From assembly GCA_965263355.1 (NCBI GenBank), contig CBDHHL010000056.1:928001-992000 (forward strand): a DNA stretch of 64,000 bases, written 5' to 3'. Below are positions 53,509 to 61,760 of the stretch, piece by piece. Both the position numbers and the translations under genes were made by a program. Every line of letters starts with the position of its first letter. Position 1 is the first letter of the stretch. Under the pieces are notes generated by a model. That model was given only the letters and a program-made list of their open reading frames with translations, searched no databases and was not told the DNA's origin. This DNA comes from Leptolyngbyaceae cyanobacterium (GTDB lineage Bacteria; Cyanobacteriota; Cyanobacteriia; Phormidesmidales; Phormidesmidaceae).

Positions 53509-54528
53509 ATGACGATACAACCTTCAGGTGACTACCAAAATTTACTCGGTGACGTCAAACAACGCATCCGCTCAGCGCAATATGATGCTTTGAAATCGGT
53601 CAATCGTGAGCTGATTGCCCTGTACTGGGAAATTGGGCAGATGATCGTCACTCGTCAGCAAACTACGGGTTGGGGGCGTTCGGTGGTGGAGCAGTTATCA
53701 AAAGACCTCCGGGCAGAGTTCCCAGGTATTAGTGGGTTCTCGGCTCGTAATATTTGGAGAATGAGGGATTTCTATCTTAATTATCGTACTAATGAAAAAC
53801 TGCCACCATTGGTGGCAGAAATTGGCTGGACCCACAATTGTGTCATTTTAGAAAAATGTAAGGATGATTTGGAGCGTGAGTTTTACCTGCGCATGACGCG
53901 TAAATTTGGTTGGACGAAGAATGTTTTAATTCATCAAATTGATAATAAGACCTATGGGAAAACTCTCACGAGTCAGACTAACTTTGATGGAGCTTTACCT
54001 GAAGAGATTCGAAATCAAGCCAAGCTTGCTGTAAAAGACGAGTATACGTTTGATTTTCTAGAGCTAGCCGATGAACATAGTGAACGGCAGCTAGAGCAGG
54101 CCATTTTGAGTAAAGTTGAACCCTTTCTAAGAGAAATGGGTGGCATGTTTACGTTTGTGGGTAGCCAGTATCGCCTGGAAATCAGTGGTGAGGAGTATTT
54201 TATTGATCTGTTGCTCTATCATCGGACTTTGAAGTGTTTGATTGCGGTAGAGCTGAAGATTGGGAAGTTTTTACCAGAGTATGTGGGCAAGATGCAGTTT
54301 TATTTGGCTGCCTTGGATGCTCGGGTGCGGTTGCCGGATGAGAATTCGGCGATTGGCATCATTCTTTGTAAATCGAAAGATCGGACCATCGTAGAGTATG
54401 CGCTGCGGGAGTCGAATAAGCCAATTGGGGTGGCCACATATCAGATTGTGTCAGCGGTGCCTCCAGAGTTGGAGGGGCAGCTACCGGCACCGGAACAGAT
54501 AGCGAAATTATTGGGAGATGTTAATTAA
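53509..54528 (+). CDS. YhcG/DUF1016 PD-(D/E)XK nuclease-domain protein
   Basis: LYWEIG, GFSARN, KDEYTFDFL, IDLLLYHR..VELK, GKMQFY; start set at ATG 53509 (ORF track starts at 53443). Confidence 0.88.
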   Translation: MTIQPSGDYQNLLGDVKQRIRSAQYDALKSVNRELIALYWEIGQMIVTRQQTTGWGRSVVEQLSKDLRAEFPGISGFSARNIWRMRDFYLNYRTNEKLPPLVAEIGWTHNCVILEKCKDDLEREFYLRMTRKFGWTKNVLIHQIDNKTYGKTLTSQTNFDGALPEEIRNQAKLAVKDEYTFDFLELADEHSERQLEQAILSKVEPFLREMGGMFTFVGSQYRLEISGEEYFIDLLLYHRTLKCLIAVELKIGKFLPEYVGKMQFYLAALDARVRLPDENSAIGIILCKSKDRTIVEYALRESNKPIGVATYQIVSAVPPELEGQLPAPEQIAKLLGDVN

Positions 54529-54551
54529 TCAGCGCACTACAATAAAGCTCT

Positions 54552-56729
54552 ATGTATAGCATTACCTTAAAGCCAGTCTATTCATGTCCTGCTCAACAAC
54601 TGCCTGATGGAGTTATTTTGCCTGATGGCTGGGAGTCTTTGGCTTGGCATCAGGTCGAGACCTTTAAAGCACTCAACGATCCTGATGTCGATGTTGTTTT
54701 TAACACAGCAATGACCGGAGATGGTAAGAGTTTAGCTGCCTATCTCAAGGTATTTCAGGAGTATTACTGTGCTCTAGGTCTTTATCCCACCAATGAGTTA
54801 GCCAGAGATCAAGAAAATCAACTGCTGGAGAATATCCAAAAATTTAAGCCATCCCATAGGCCAAGAGTAAATCGTCTGAGTAGTGCTGAGTTAGAGATTT
54901 ATGCAGAAACTGAAGGGTTGACTAAAGCTGGGTCCATAGGAACACTAACAAACCAATCCGAAGTCATCGTCACTAACCCTGATATCCTGCACTACATTTA
55001 CCGGGGTGCCTATGTAATGAAACAGGACACGCCAGATAAGCTATGGAATCGGATTGACCGAAATTTTGACTTATTTATCTTTGATGAGTTTCATATTTTT
55101 GCGGCACCCCAAGTGGCCAGTGTTATCAACACGCTGTTGTTAATTCGATTGACCAATCGGCCTAAAAAGTTTTTATTCTTGTCTGCGACGCCTGATGAAC
55201 AACTTGTGGGACGCCTGAGAACTGCTGGGTTTCGTTGTCAGGTGATTGATCCACAGAAAGAGAACAAATATAATTTTCCAGATAGTGCTGAACAAGCTAT
55301 TGAGTTAAATGGTAAACACTGGCGGCAAATTGCCAGGGCTATAGATCTAAACTTTGTAGCAGTTGAATCGACGTCTAAAGCATCGGAAACCTGGATCAAA
55401 GAGAATTCAGAACAAATTCTGCAGCATTTTCAACAAGGTCCTGGCACTAAGGGGGCAATCATTCTGAACTCTATTGCTTCAGTTAAGCGGCTGGTACCTT
55501 TTCTACAAAACTTGTTTCAGCCCCATGGATTGACTGTTGGTGAAAATACAGGACTTTCAGGTAAAGAAAAACGAGCGCAATCTTTAGAGGCTGATTTGGT
55601 TATTGGTACCAGCACCATTGATGTGGGTGTGGACTTTAAGATTAACTTTTTAATTTTTGAATCAGCCGATGCTGGTAATTTTATTCAGCGATTGGGGCGA
55701 TTGGGCAGACATGATGGCTATGTGAAAGCAGGCAAGGAAATTGCATTCAATGGGTTTACCGCCTATGCCCTGATTCCTCAGTTCTTTGCAGAACGGCTAT
55801 TTACAAAAGGAGACCAGCCACCACTTAAAACGGGTAAGAGTTATGATCGTCAGTCTTTGCACAACATCATCAGAGACAATTATCGAAATATCAACGACTT
55901 TCAGGGTTATTATTCTCGCTGGGGTGCTTATCAGTCCCTGGCATTGGGTAAGAAGTTGGCCGACAAGAAAATTCAAGAACAGTATGCAGGTAGTTTAGCG
56001 GTCTTTCAAGCAACCTGTGAAAAGGTTTTTAATCGTCGCTTTAAGGAATTGTCCGGTCGGGCTAGCAGTTGGCGCAAAGACTGGCAGGCATTATCCGGGA
56101 AGAAAGATGGAAGTAACCCTATTTTTGAAGATGCCTGTAGTTTTCGAGGGGCTAGTCCGCTGCAGTGTGGACTATATGATCTGACTGAAGAAAACCCAGT
56201 GGATCGGTATAAGACCTATTCACTACCGGGCATCCTCAGCAATTTAGAGGTAGAGGTATGGACAAAAGCTGCATTTTTGAGATCCCTCAAAGAAACGGTT
56301 AAAGCGACTGGACAGTCGATACCCAAAGGCAGATTTGAACATTGCCTGATTTTTCTAAAGCTCCGTGCCTACCGTGAAGAACGATTGGATTGGAAGTTTA
56401 CGTATCCAGGTGAACTGACTAAGCAGACTAATCAGGTACAGGTACTGACAGGACTTGAAATCTGGCAACCTGATAACCCATGGGCCAGCAGTGTTAATAA
56501 AAAGCTACGGAATCAAGGAATAGTCTGCTATGGCCTTCATAAACCTGTTCAGGAAGTACGGCATAAGCTGCGACTACCAATGCATTTTCAGCTTTATTCC
56601 ATCAGCGATCACTATAGTTATCACGATCCTAAAGCACCGTATTCAATAGCCTTTGGGCAAAGCGCTTTGATGCTGGATACACTGACTGGCTGGCTCAAGC
56701 ACAAGAGCAGTGAACCACTTATTTTTTAG
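54552..56729 (+). CDS. cas3: Type I-D Cas3' helicase
   Basis: TAMTGDGKS, YPTNEL, DEFH, SAT, TSTIDVGVDF, QRLGRLGRH; no HD domain. Confidence 0.93.
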   Translation: MYSITLKPVYSCPAQQLPDGVILPDGWESLAWHQVETFKALNDPDVDVVFNTAMTGDGKSLAAYLKVFQEYYCALGLYPTNELARDQENQLLENIQKFKPSHRPRVNRLSSAELEIYAETEGLTKAGSIGTLTNQSEVIVTNPDILHYIYRGAYVMKQDTPDKLWNRIDRNFDLFIFDEFHIFAAPQVASVINTLLLIRLTNRPKKFLFLSATPDEQLVGRLRTAGFRCQVIDPQKENKYNFPDSAEQAIELNGKHWRQIARAIDLNFVAVESTSKASETWIKENSEQILQHFQQGPGTKGAIILNSIASVKRLVPFLQNLFQPHGLTVGENTGLSGKEKRAQSLEADLVIGTSTIDVGVDFKINFLIFESADAGNFIQRLGRLGRHDGYVKAGKEIAFNGFTAYALIPQFFAERLFTKGDQPPLKTGKSYDRQSLHNIIRDNYRNINDFQGYYSRWGAYQSLALGKKLADKKIQEQYAGSLAVFQATCEKVFNRRFKELSGRASSWRKDWQALSGKKDGSNPIFEDACSFRGASPLQCGLYDLTEENPVDRYKTYSLPGILSNLEVEVWTKAAFLRSLKETVKATGQSIPKGRFEHCLIFLKLRAYREERLDWKFTYPGELTKQTNQVQVLTGLEIWQPDNPWASSVNKKLRNQGIVCYGLHKPVQEVRHKLRLPMHFQLYSISDHYSYHDPKAPYSIAFGQSALMLDTLTGWLKHKSSEPLIF

Positions 56730-56841
56730 TTTCAGTCCCGGTTTTCGGGATTAGGGATGTCGATAGAAATGAAACAGCTTTCGCCATTAAGTACAGACAG
56801 ACGTGTTTCAGTCCCGATTGTCGGGATTTATATTAACTTCG
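56729..56841 (-). CRISPR. Degenerate mini-CRISPR array: two repeats of about 37 nt and one spacer of about 39 nt
   Basis: Repeats GTTTCAGTCCCGGTTTTCGGGATTAG... (56729) and GTTTCAGTCCCGATTGTCGGGATTTA... (56805). The reverse complement ends in CCCG-loop-CGGGACTGAAAC, like the cyanobacterial I-D repeat as I recall it. Spacer on the minus strand: ACGTCTGTCTGTACTTAATGGCGAAAGCTGTTTCATTTC. Confidence 0.88.
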
Positions 56842-56912
56842 ACAAATTGACCTATCGAACTCTATCAACCAATTTCAATCATATATGGTTTAAGCAATCA
56901 AAGATTGAAAAG

Positions 56913-56933
56913 GTAACGTCAGTCTTAACTTAA
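56913..56933 (+). promoter_or_regulatory. Self-target site A of the mini-array spacer, with GTA PAM
   Basis: GTA|ACGTCAGTCTTAACTTAA versus spacer ACGTCTGTCTGTACTTAA: 15/18, mismatches at positions 6, 11 and 12. Confidence 0.7.
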
Positions 56934-57032
56934 CATATTTAGAAAAAGGTATTGCTATCGGCTATCGATTAAGTTAGCTTCAGATTGTCAGAGGAAGTAA
57001 TTCATTCGTATTAGTTAACTAGGAGTATATCA

Positions 57033-57233
57033 ATGCGACGAATCAAGACGAAAGGAAAAATTGATCTCTTATTAAAGGTACTTTCCGATCACGAATGGCA
57101 TTGGGGAGAAGAGCTTGCTACTAAAGTAGGATGGCGATTTGGTGCAACAGTTAAAACAGCAAGAGACAAAGGATATCAAATTGAAAGTGAGCGTGTTGGT
57201 CTTCAGTGGAGGTATCGACTATTGAGAGATTAG
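57033..57233 (+). CDS. 66-aa winged-HTH protein (BirA N-terminal/HTH_11-like)
   Basis: AGGAG RBS; LLKVLSDHEWHWGEELATKVG...GYQIES...YRL. Confidence 0.75.
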   Translation: MRRIKTKGKIDLLLKVLSDHEWHWGEELATKVGWRFGATVKTARDKGYQIESERVGLQWRYRLLRD

Positions 57234-57294
57234 CTAAAACTTAGATTAAAGTAGCTCTTCGCGAATAACTGTTCCATAAGTTGAAGAGCTCCAC

Positions 57295-57431
57295 AAGGAA
57301 GCCTGATTAATAGCTTTCGGCGTTAAGAACAGGCAGACGTAGTCTAAACCCCCTCGCTTTTTGATAGCAGGCTGGTTAAGTCTTAAGAGCTGATGAACTG
57401 ACTCGAATTTGCAAAGTTCTCAGGCTTCCTT
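57295..57431 (+). ncRNA. Candidate structured RNA/leader element closed by a 12-bp inverted repeat
   Basis: AAGGAAGCCTGA (57295-57306) pairs with TCAGGCTTCCTT (57420-57431); internal stems AGCTT/GAGCT, TTAAGA/TCTTAA, AGAC/GTCT, GAACT/AGTTC. Strand is inferred. Confidence 0.45.
57312..57340 (-). other. Self-target site B of the mini-array spacer (25/29, no GTN PAM)
   Basis: Plus strand AGCTTTCGGCGTTAAGAACAGGCAGACGT versus spacer AGCTTTCGCCATTAAGTACAGACAGACGT (56776-56804); the PAM position reads ACT. Confidence 0.85.
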
Positions 57432-57468
57432 TCTTATAGTTTCAGTCGATGAGTACCTCAAGTGAAAC

Positions 57469-57911
57469 ATGTTTATTCAAAGCCTTGAGAATCTGTATTC
57501 CAAAGTGCCAAAGATTTTAGAGCAAGTTCCCTATCTCAAGCTATTAATACTTTTTGGGTCTAGGGCAAAAGGTGACAATACATCCAACAGTGATTGGGAT
57601 TTTGCTTTTCTATGTGATGAAAATGAGCGTTCTCATTATGAACAAGGTGGTTGGGATAACTTCAGGATCAGTAGCTTGTTAGGACAGGTACTTGAACTTC
57701 CTAGTCATGCTATAGACATCGTGGATCTTAACGAGTGTCCTGAACTTTTAGCCCATCAAATAGCTCAGGACGGAAGGTCATCTACGAAAAAGAACCCAGC
57801 GAGTTTGAACGGTTTCGACAAAGCCATCTAAAGAGTCCAGAGCAAATACAGCAAATAGGACAAGACTTAAGTTCAAGCATTCAAGAGCGTCTACGACAGT
57901 GGAGTGCATGA
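57469..57911 (+). pseudogene. MNT (MntA-like) antitoxin with an apparent 1-nt deletion near 57774
   Basis: LFGSRAKGD..NSDWDFA and IDIVDL motifs. Annotated frame ends at 57831; the shifted frame reads (G)KVIYEKEPSEFERF...WSA to TGA 57911, overlapping the HEPN ATG. Confidence 0.75.
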
Positions 57912-58348
57912 CAATGAATTTTAACTCTGTTCGTTTCAGACTTAACTTGATTCTGGATTATCTAGAAGAGCTGAGACCGCTTGGAACAGTGACGTTTGAT
58001 GAATTAACTGATGATCGATACAAATATCGTTCTGCTGAACGATTGTTGGAAATCATTATCCAGGCTGCCATTGATATCAACAACCATCTGATATCAGGAC
58101 TGAGCAAACGACGACAGGCATCAAATACCGACAATTTTCTGGAAATGGCTAAATTAAATATCCTGACTCCAGAAATAGCGCAAGATTTATCGGCCTCCAG
58201 CAATTTTCGAAATCGTTTGGCCCATGAATATTACAGCATTGATCCATCCATTGTTTTTCAGTCCATTACTAAAGCTTTAGAACAATATCCACAGTACGTG
58301 CAACAAGTGCTTGAATTTGTAGACAACTTTGAGATGAATGATGAGTAA
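57908..58348 (+). CDS. HEPN (DUF86/HepT-like) RNase toxin
   Basis: SAERLLEIIIQAAIDI and intact RNRLAHEY (Rx4HxY) motif; overlaps the cas10d start. Confidence 0.88.
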   Translation: MTMNFNSVRFRLNLILDYLEELRPLGTVTFDELTDDRYKYRSAERLLEIIIQAAIDINNHLISGLSKRRQASNTDNFLEMAKLNILTPEIAQDLSASSNFRNRLAHEYYSIDPSIVFQSITKALEQYPQYVQQVLEFVDNFEMNDE

Positions 58349-61300
58349 TAATCTCAACGACGATAATCTTGATTGGTTAGATGACGATATTGGGGATGAA
58401 CAGTCGTCTAACCGAACGATTGAACCCACTCAGCGTGAGCTTCTGACCTTAAAGCTTTTACGCTCCGCGATTCACACACAGAATCCTGATGATGCCGTAA
58501 TGCAGGATTTTGCTGAGTATGTATTACCTAACTTGTTGAAAATTACCATTGGCGTTACGGCTAAGGGAGGTAAGTTTTTTGACAAGTTAGATCAAGAAAA
58601 GGGGAAAGAAAACGTTCGGCGTGATAATGCAGCGGATCAGTCTCTGAATACTCACTTGCTTAATGGTTTATTTCCAGCAAATCTAATCGAACAACGGCTT
58701 GAACAACTGGATACAACGATTCAACGATTAGTGCGAGAGCAAGAGCGTCGTTTGGTCATGGCGGCTTTTATTCTGCATGATTTTGAGAAATTTCCTGATG
58801 TTGATGGTGAGATTAGAAGCTTGCCTGGTGAAGAACGTCTAAAACAACATCGTCAGGTTATCGACAAAAAAATACAACAGCTTGGGCTAGATCACTTTAT
58901 TAATCCCCAAAATCCAACGGCATACCGAGAGTATCTGGATGATCTGTTATGTATGGCTTACAACGCCCAAAGACGTTGGGATACGAATTGGAATTTTTCA
59001 GAATATGGGTTGCAGCCAGTCTTAAAAGACAAAATTTTGCGAAATTTGACTGAGTTAACCTGTTTAGCTGATTCCTTGGCATCCATCATCAAACATCCCC
59101 AAGATGCCACCAGTTATAAGTTCAAAGAACTACTCCATAGCTTGAGTGACGGACAAATCAGCCTTACCTATCATAGCATTTCAGAAAACAGGGGGGTGTT
59201 GACCAACGTAGTCAATAATGCCGTTATGGATGCCCATATTGCGCTCAATACCCCAGATAAAAAGCATTATGAACCGCTACTCTATCTACCAACTGGGGTT
59301 ATTTATCTGGCCTATGGGAAACCACCTCCGGTGGCACTTAATGATTTGCCTGAGCGGGTGATCGCCAAAATCAAACAACTCTGTTTTGAACAGCTAAGAC
59401 GTCGCCAAACTGGTTTTAGTCGGGATGGTAAAGGCATGAAATATGCCGACTACTACACGCTTTTCTGTGACACTCGGCAGTTAATGTACATCGCCTTAGA
59501 TGCCACCCTCAGAATCTTATCTAACAATAAAAAGTCTGTTGGTCCTAGCCGCAGTGCAAAACTCAAAACGTTTCAAGAAAAAGGTGCTCTTTCAGCGGAT
59601 TATGATTTTCAACTGGGGGATGATATTCGGATTGATCAGCTAGCTGAGTTCGGCGATGTGATTTGCCGTAAAGTGTGGGGTGAGCGATGCGATCTCATCC
59701 AAACCCTATACAAAGAAAGAACCAAAAAACGGAAGAAAAACAAAGACTTATCAGAACTTCCGGAGTTAAAGCTATTGCCTGAACAACTGGTTATCAAGCT
59801 GGCTGAGTTTTTAGGTCTATCAGAGTATCTACCGCAACTCCGAGAAATCCAGACTATTAACGCTACTCTAAAAGAGAAAAAAGTCAAAGGCAGTACCGGT
59901 GGCATTCCCTACGAATGGTATTTTATCTCCACTAAACTAATTCAGGGTTCAGGTATCGAAAATATTCGAGAGATTGCCGAGAAAATTATTGACCATGCTG
60001 CAAACTTAATTGAGCCTGTTATCGCCCAATATGAAGTTGCTGATGGCTGGGATGACTTAAGATCTTGGGTAAATCAAGTGGTGATGCTGCCACAGGCCAC
60101 CATAACTAAAACACCCAAAGATCAGACCGATATCTTTCTAAAGGAATTGGCCAGCTATCAGGTGGCCAAAAAAGTTGGACGTGGCAAACTAGCGATTTGC
60201 TCAGTCTCCCATTCTGCCTACTCTGTAAAAGAGCAAATGGAATCAGAGGTATTATTTACTCCCCAGGTGTATACCAATAAACAGCTACTGGGTGGTTCTA
60301 ACGCGAAACGCAATATTTCCAGCATTGCAGGGTTAGAAATGATGCTACGTCAGATTCTAATGAACCAAACTCAAGCAGTGGGCAAACGGTTTGAAGATGG
60401 CAAATATCGTTATCTCTACTTTTACCCTACCTACTACTTCACCCCGGAAACCAGTCGTTTCTTACAAAAAGCTTATACAGGCATTGCCCAAACTCGATTT
60501 AGTACCAATCTACGCAATCACTTTATCTCTAAGGATTTGGTCGTTGATTTTAGTCGTGAGCACTATCAGGCGGTTGATTCATTCTTGATCGATGATGATT
60601 TAGAGCGCAAGACAACCTTACCTGAAGATGATCCAGACTATAAACGCGATCGCACCTTTAAACTCTCTTACCCAGACGATCAGCCATTAACCTTTTTCTT
60701 TATGGCATTGCCACCGGGACGAGACCCCACCGATACCGAATCTTGGGTAATGCCAGCCTGGTTAGCCTTTGCTAGTCCAATGATTCTGGATGTCAAAACC
60801 GTGGTCTCAGAATCTCCTGTCCCCCCATTTAATGATGGTGCGGAGTTTGAAGAAAGTGTCTTTTTGGATAGTGCCCCCCAAGCCTTTAGAGCCCTACTCA
60901 AACAGGATAGGTTCCGGTTAGATTACATCCTTGAAGGTTGGCAAACCCCAGACGGCACCCAGCAAGCTTCTCCCCTTAATGCCTTAACCAGTGCCTATGC
61001 AATTCACCTGGATGTGAATGCCAAACAAGGTAAGGGAGGATATGACGCTAACTGGGGCAAGTTGACAGAGCTAGCCAAAGATTTAGAAACCAGTCCGCTC
61101 TATGTATTCAATTACTTAAATCGTTGGCTTCGTAATCAGAAAAAAGAATCTATACGTATAGAAAAGATCAAACTCTATGCCTACCACTTTTATCCCTGTT
61201 TTGACCCGCATACAAAATTAATCGTACTTGACTTGGAGGAAATGCTTGTGTGTGACGAGAAATCTGCGCTGAGACATCCGCAAAGACTGACCGAATTGTA

Positions 61301-61757
61301 CAGACGGTTTTATCGTGCCGATAAACGATATAACCCCAAAAGCAATGCCGTTTTGAAACCGATCAAGGAAGCCGCTGATGTTATTTTGAATGCGGATACT
61401 GATGGGTTTAGGGGAGAAGACTTAGTCTTTTTAGTTGCTGCTAAGAATACAAAGTTAATGGATCGAATTCATTCGTCAGGTGCGGAAGGCTATCCTGTCT
61501 TTAAACGAAATGAGCGCGACCAAGAACGAGAATCTATCCTAGAATTTGCTCGATATTTTGTCCATGAGGTATTTGAAAAATCCTTTGCTAGTGATCGTGG
61601 TCGGTTAGCAGGCAGACAACTCAATCTTCTGCGTGATGCGTGTGAATTCATCTATCGTCTTGAACAAGACAAAGAAAATAAAAAAGATAAAGATAAAGCA
61701 GACAGTAAGCAAATCAAGAACGACGTTAACTCATCGAACGATAATGGCGAGGATTAA
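58338..61757 (+). CDS. cas10d: Type I-D large subunit Cas10d (Csc3) with N-terminal HD domain
   Basis: DQSLNTHLLNG, LHDFEK HD motif, RGVLTN, YTNKQ, DTESW. Confidence 0.92.
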   Translation: MMSNNLNDDNLDWLDDDIGDEQSSNRTIEPTQRELLTLKLLRSAIHTQNPDDAVMQDFAEYVLPNLLKITIGVTAKGGKFFDKLDQEKGKENVRRDNAADQSLNTHLLNGLFPANLIEQRLEQLDTTIQRLVREQERRLVMAAFILHDFEKFPDVDGEIRSLPGEERLKQHRQVIDKKIQQLGLDHFINPQNPTAYREYLDDLLCMAYNAQRRWDTNWNFSEYGLQPVLKDKILRNLTELTCLADSLASIIKHPQDATSYKFKELLHSLSDGQISLTYHSISENRGVLTNVVNNAVMDAHIALNTPDKKHYEPLLYLPTGVIYLAYGKPPPVALNDLPERVIAKIKQLCFEQLRRRQTGFSRDGKGMKYADYYTLFCDTRQLMYIALDATLRILSNNKKSVGPSRSAKLKTFQEKGALSADYDFQLGDDIRIDQLAEFGDVICRKVWGERCDLIQTLYKERTKKRKKNKDLSELPELKLLPEQLVIKLAEFLGLSEYLPQLREIQTINATLKEKKVKGSTGGIPYEWYFISTKLIQGSGIENIREIAEKIIDHAANLIEPVIAQYEVADGWDDLRSWVNQVVMLPQATITKTPKDQTDIFLKELASYQVAKKVGRGKLAICSVSHSAYSVKEQMESEVLFTPQVYTNKQLLGGSNAKRNISSIAGLEMMLRQILMNQTQAVGKRFEDGKYRYLYFYPTYYFTPETSRFLQKAYTGIAQTRFSTNLRNHFISKDLVVDFSREHYQAVDSFLIDDDLERKTTLPEDDPDYKRDRTFKLSYPDDQPLTFFFMALPPGRDPTDTESWVMPAWLAFASPMILDVKTVVSESPVPPFNDGAEFEESVFLDSAPQAFRALLKQDRFRLDYILEGWQTPDGTQQASPLNALTSAYAIHLDVNAKQGKGGYDANWGKLTELAKDLETSPLYVFNYLNRWLRNQKKESIRIEKIKLYAYHFYPCFDPHTKLIVLDLEEMLVCDEKSALRHPQRLTELYRRFYRADKRYNPKSNAVLKPIKEAADVILNADTDGFRGEDLVFLVAAKNTKLMDRIHSSGAEGYPVFKRNERDQERESILEFARYFVHEVFEKSFASDRGRLAGRQLNLLRDACEFIYRLEQDKENKKDKDKADSKQIKNDVNSSNDNGED
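61248..61757 (+). CDS. cas11d: Probable internally translated small subunit Cas11d
   Basis: GGAGG at 61235-61239, then in-frame ATG 61242 and GTG 61248, before LTELYRRFYRA. Confidence 0.6.
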   Translation: MCDEKSALRHPQRLTELYRRFYRADKRYNPKSNAVLKPIKEAADVILNADTDGFRGEDLVFLVAAKNTKLMDRIHSSGAEGYPVFKRNERDQERESILEFARYFVHEVFEKSFASDRGRLAGRQLNLLRDACEFIYRLEQDKENKKDKDKADSKQIKNDVNSSNDNGED

Positions 61758-61760
61758 ACA

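Noticed and set aside
53549..53560. Third spacer target (GTG followed by ACGTC) in the YhcG-like gene
   Set aside because: Only 5 nt match; expected by chance
57295..57431. Retron msr-msd, suggested by the 12-bp terminal inverted repeat
   Set aside because: No reverse transcriptase anywhere in the window
57388..57468. Hammerhead ribozyme (CTGATGA at 57390; GATGAG...GAAAC at 57448)
   Set aside because: The first lacks GAAA after stem II and the second lacks CUGA, so the core is incomplete
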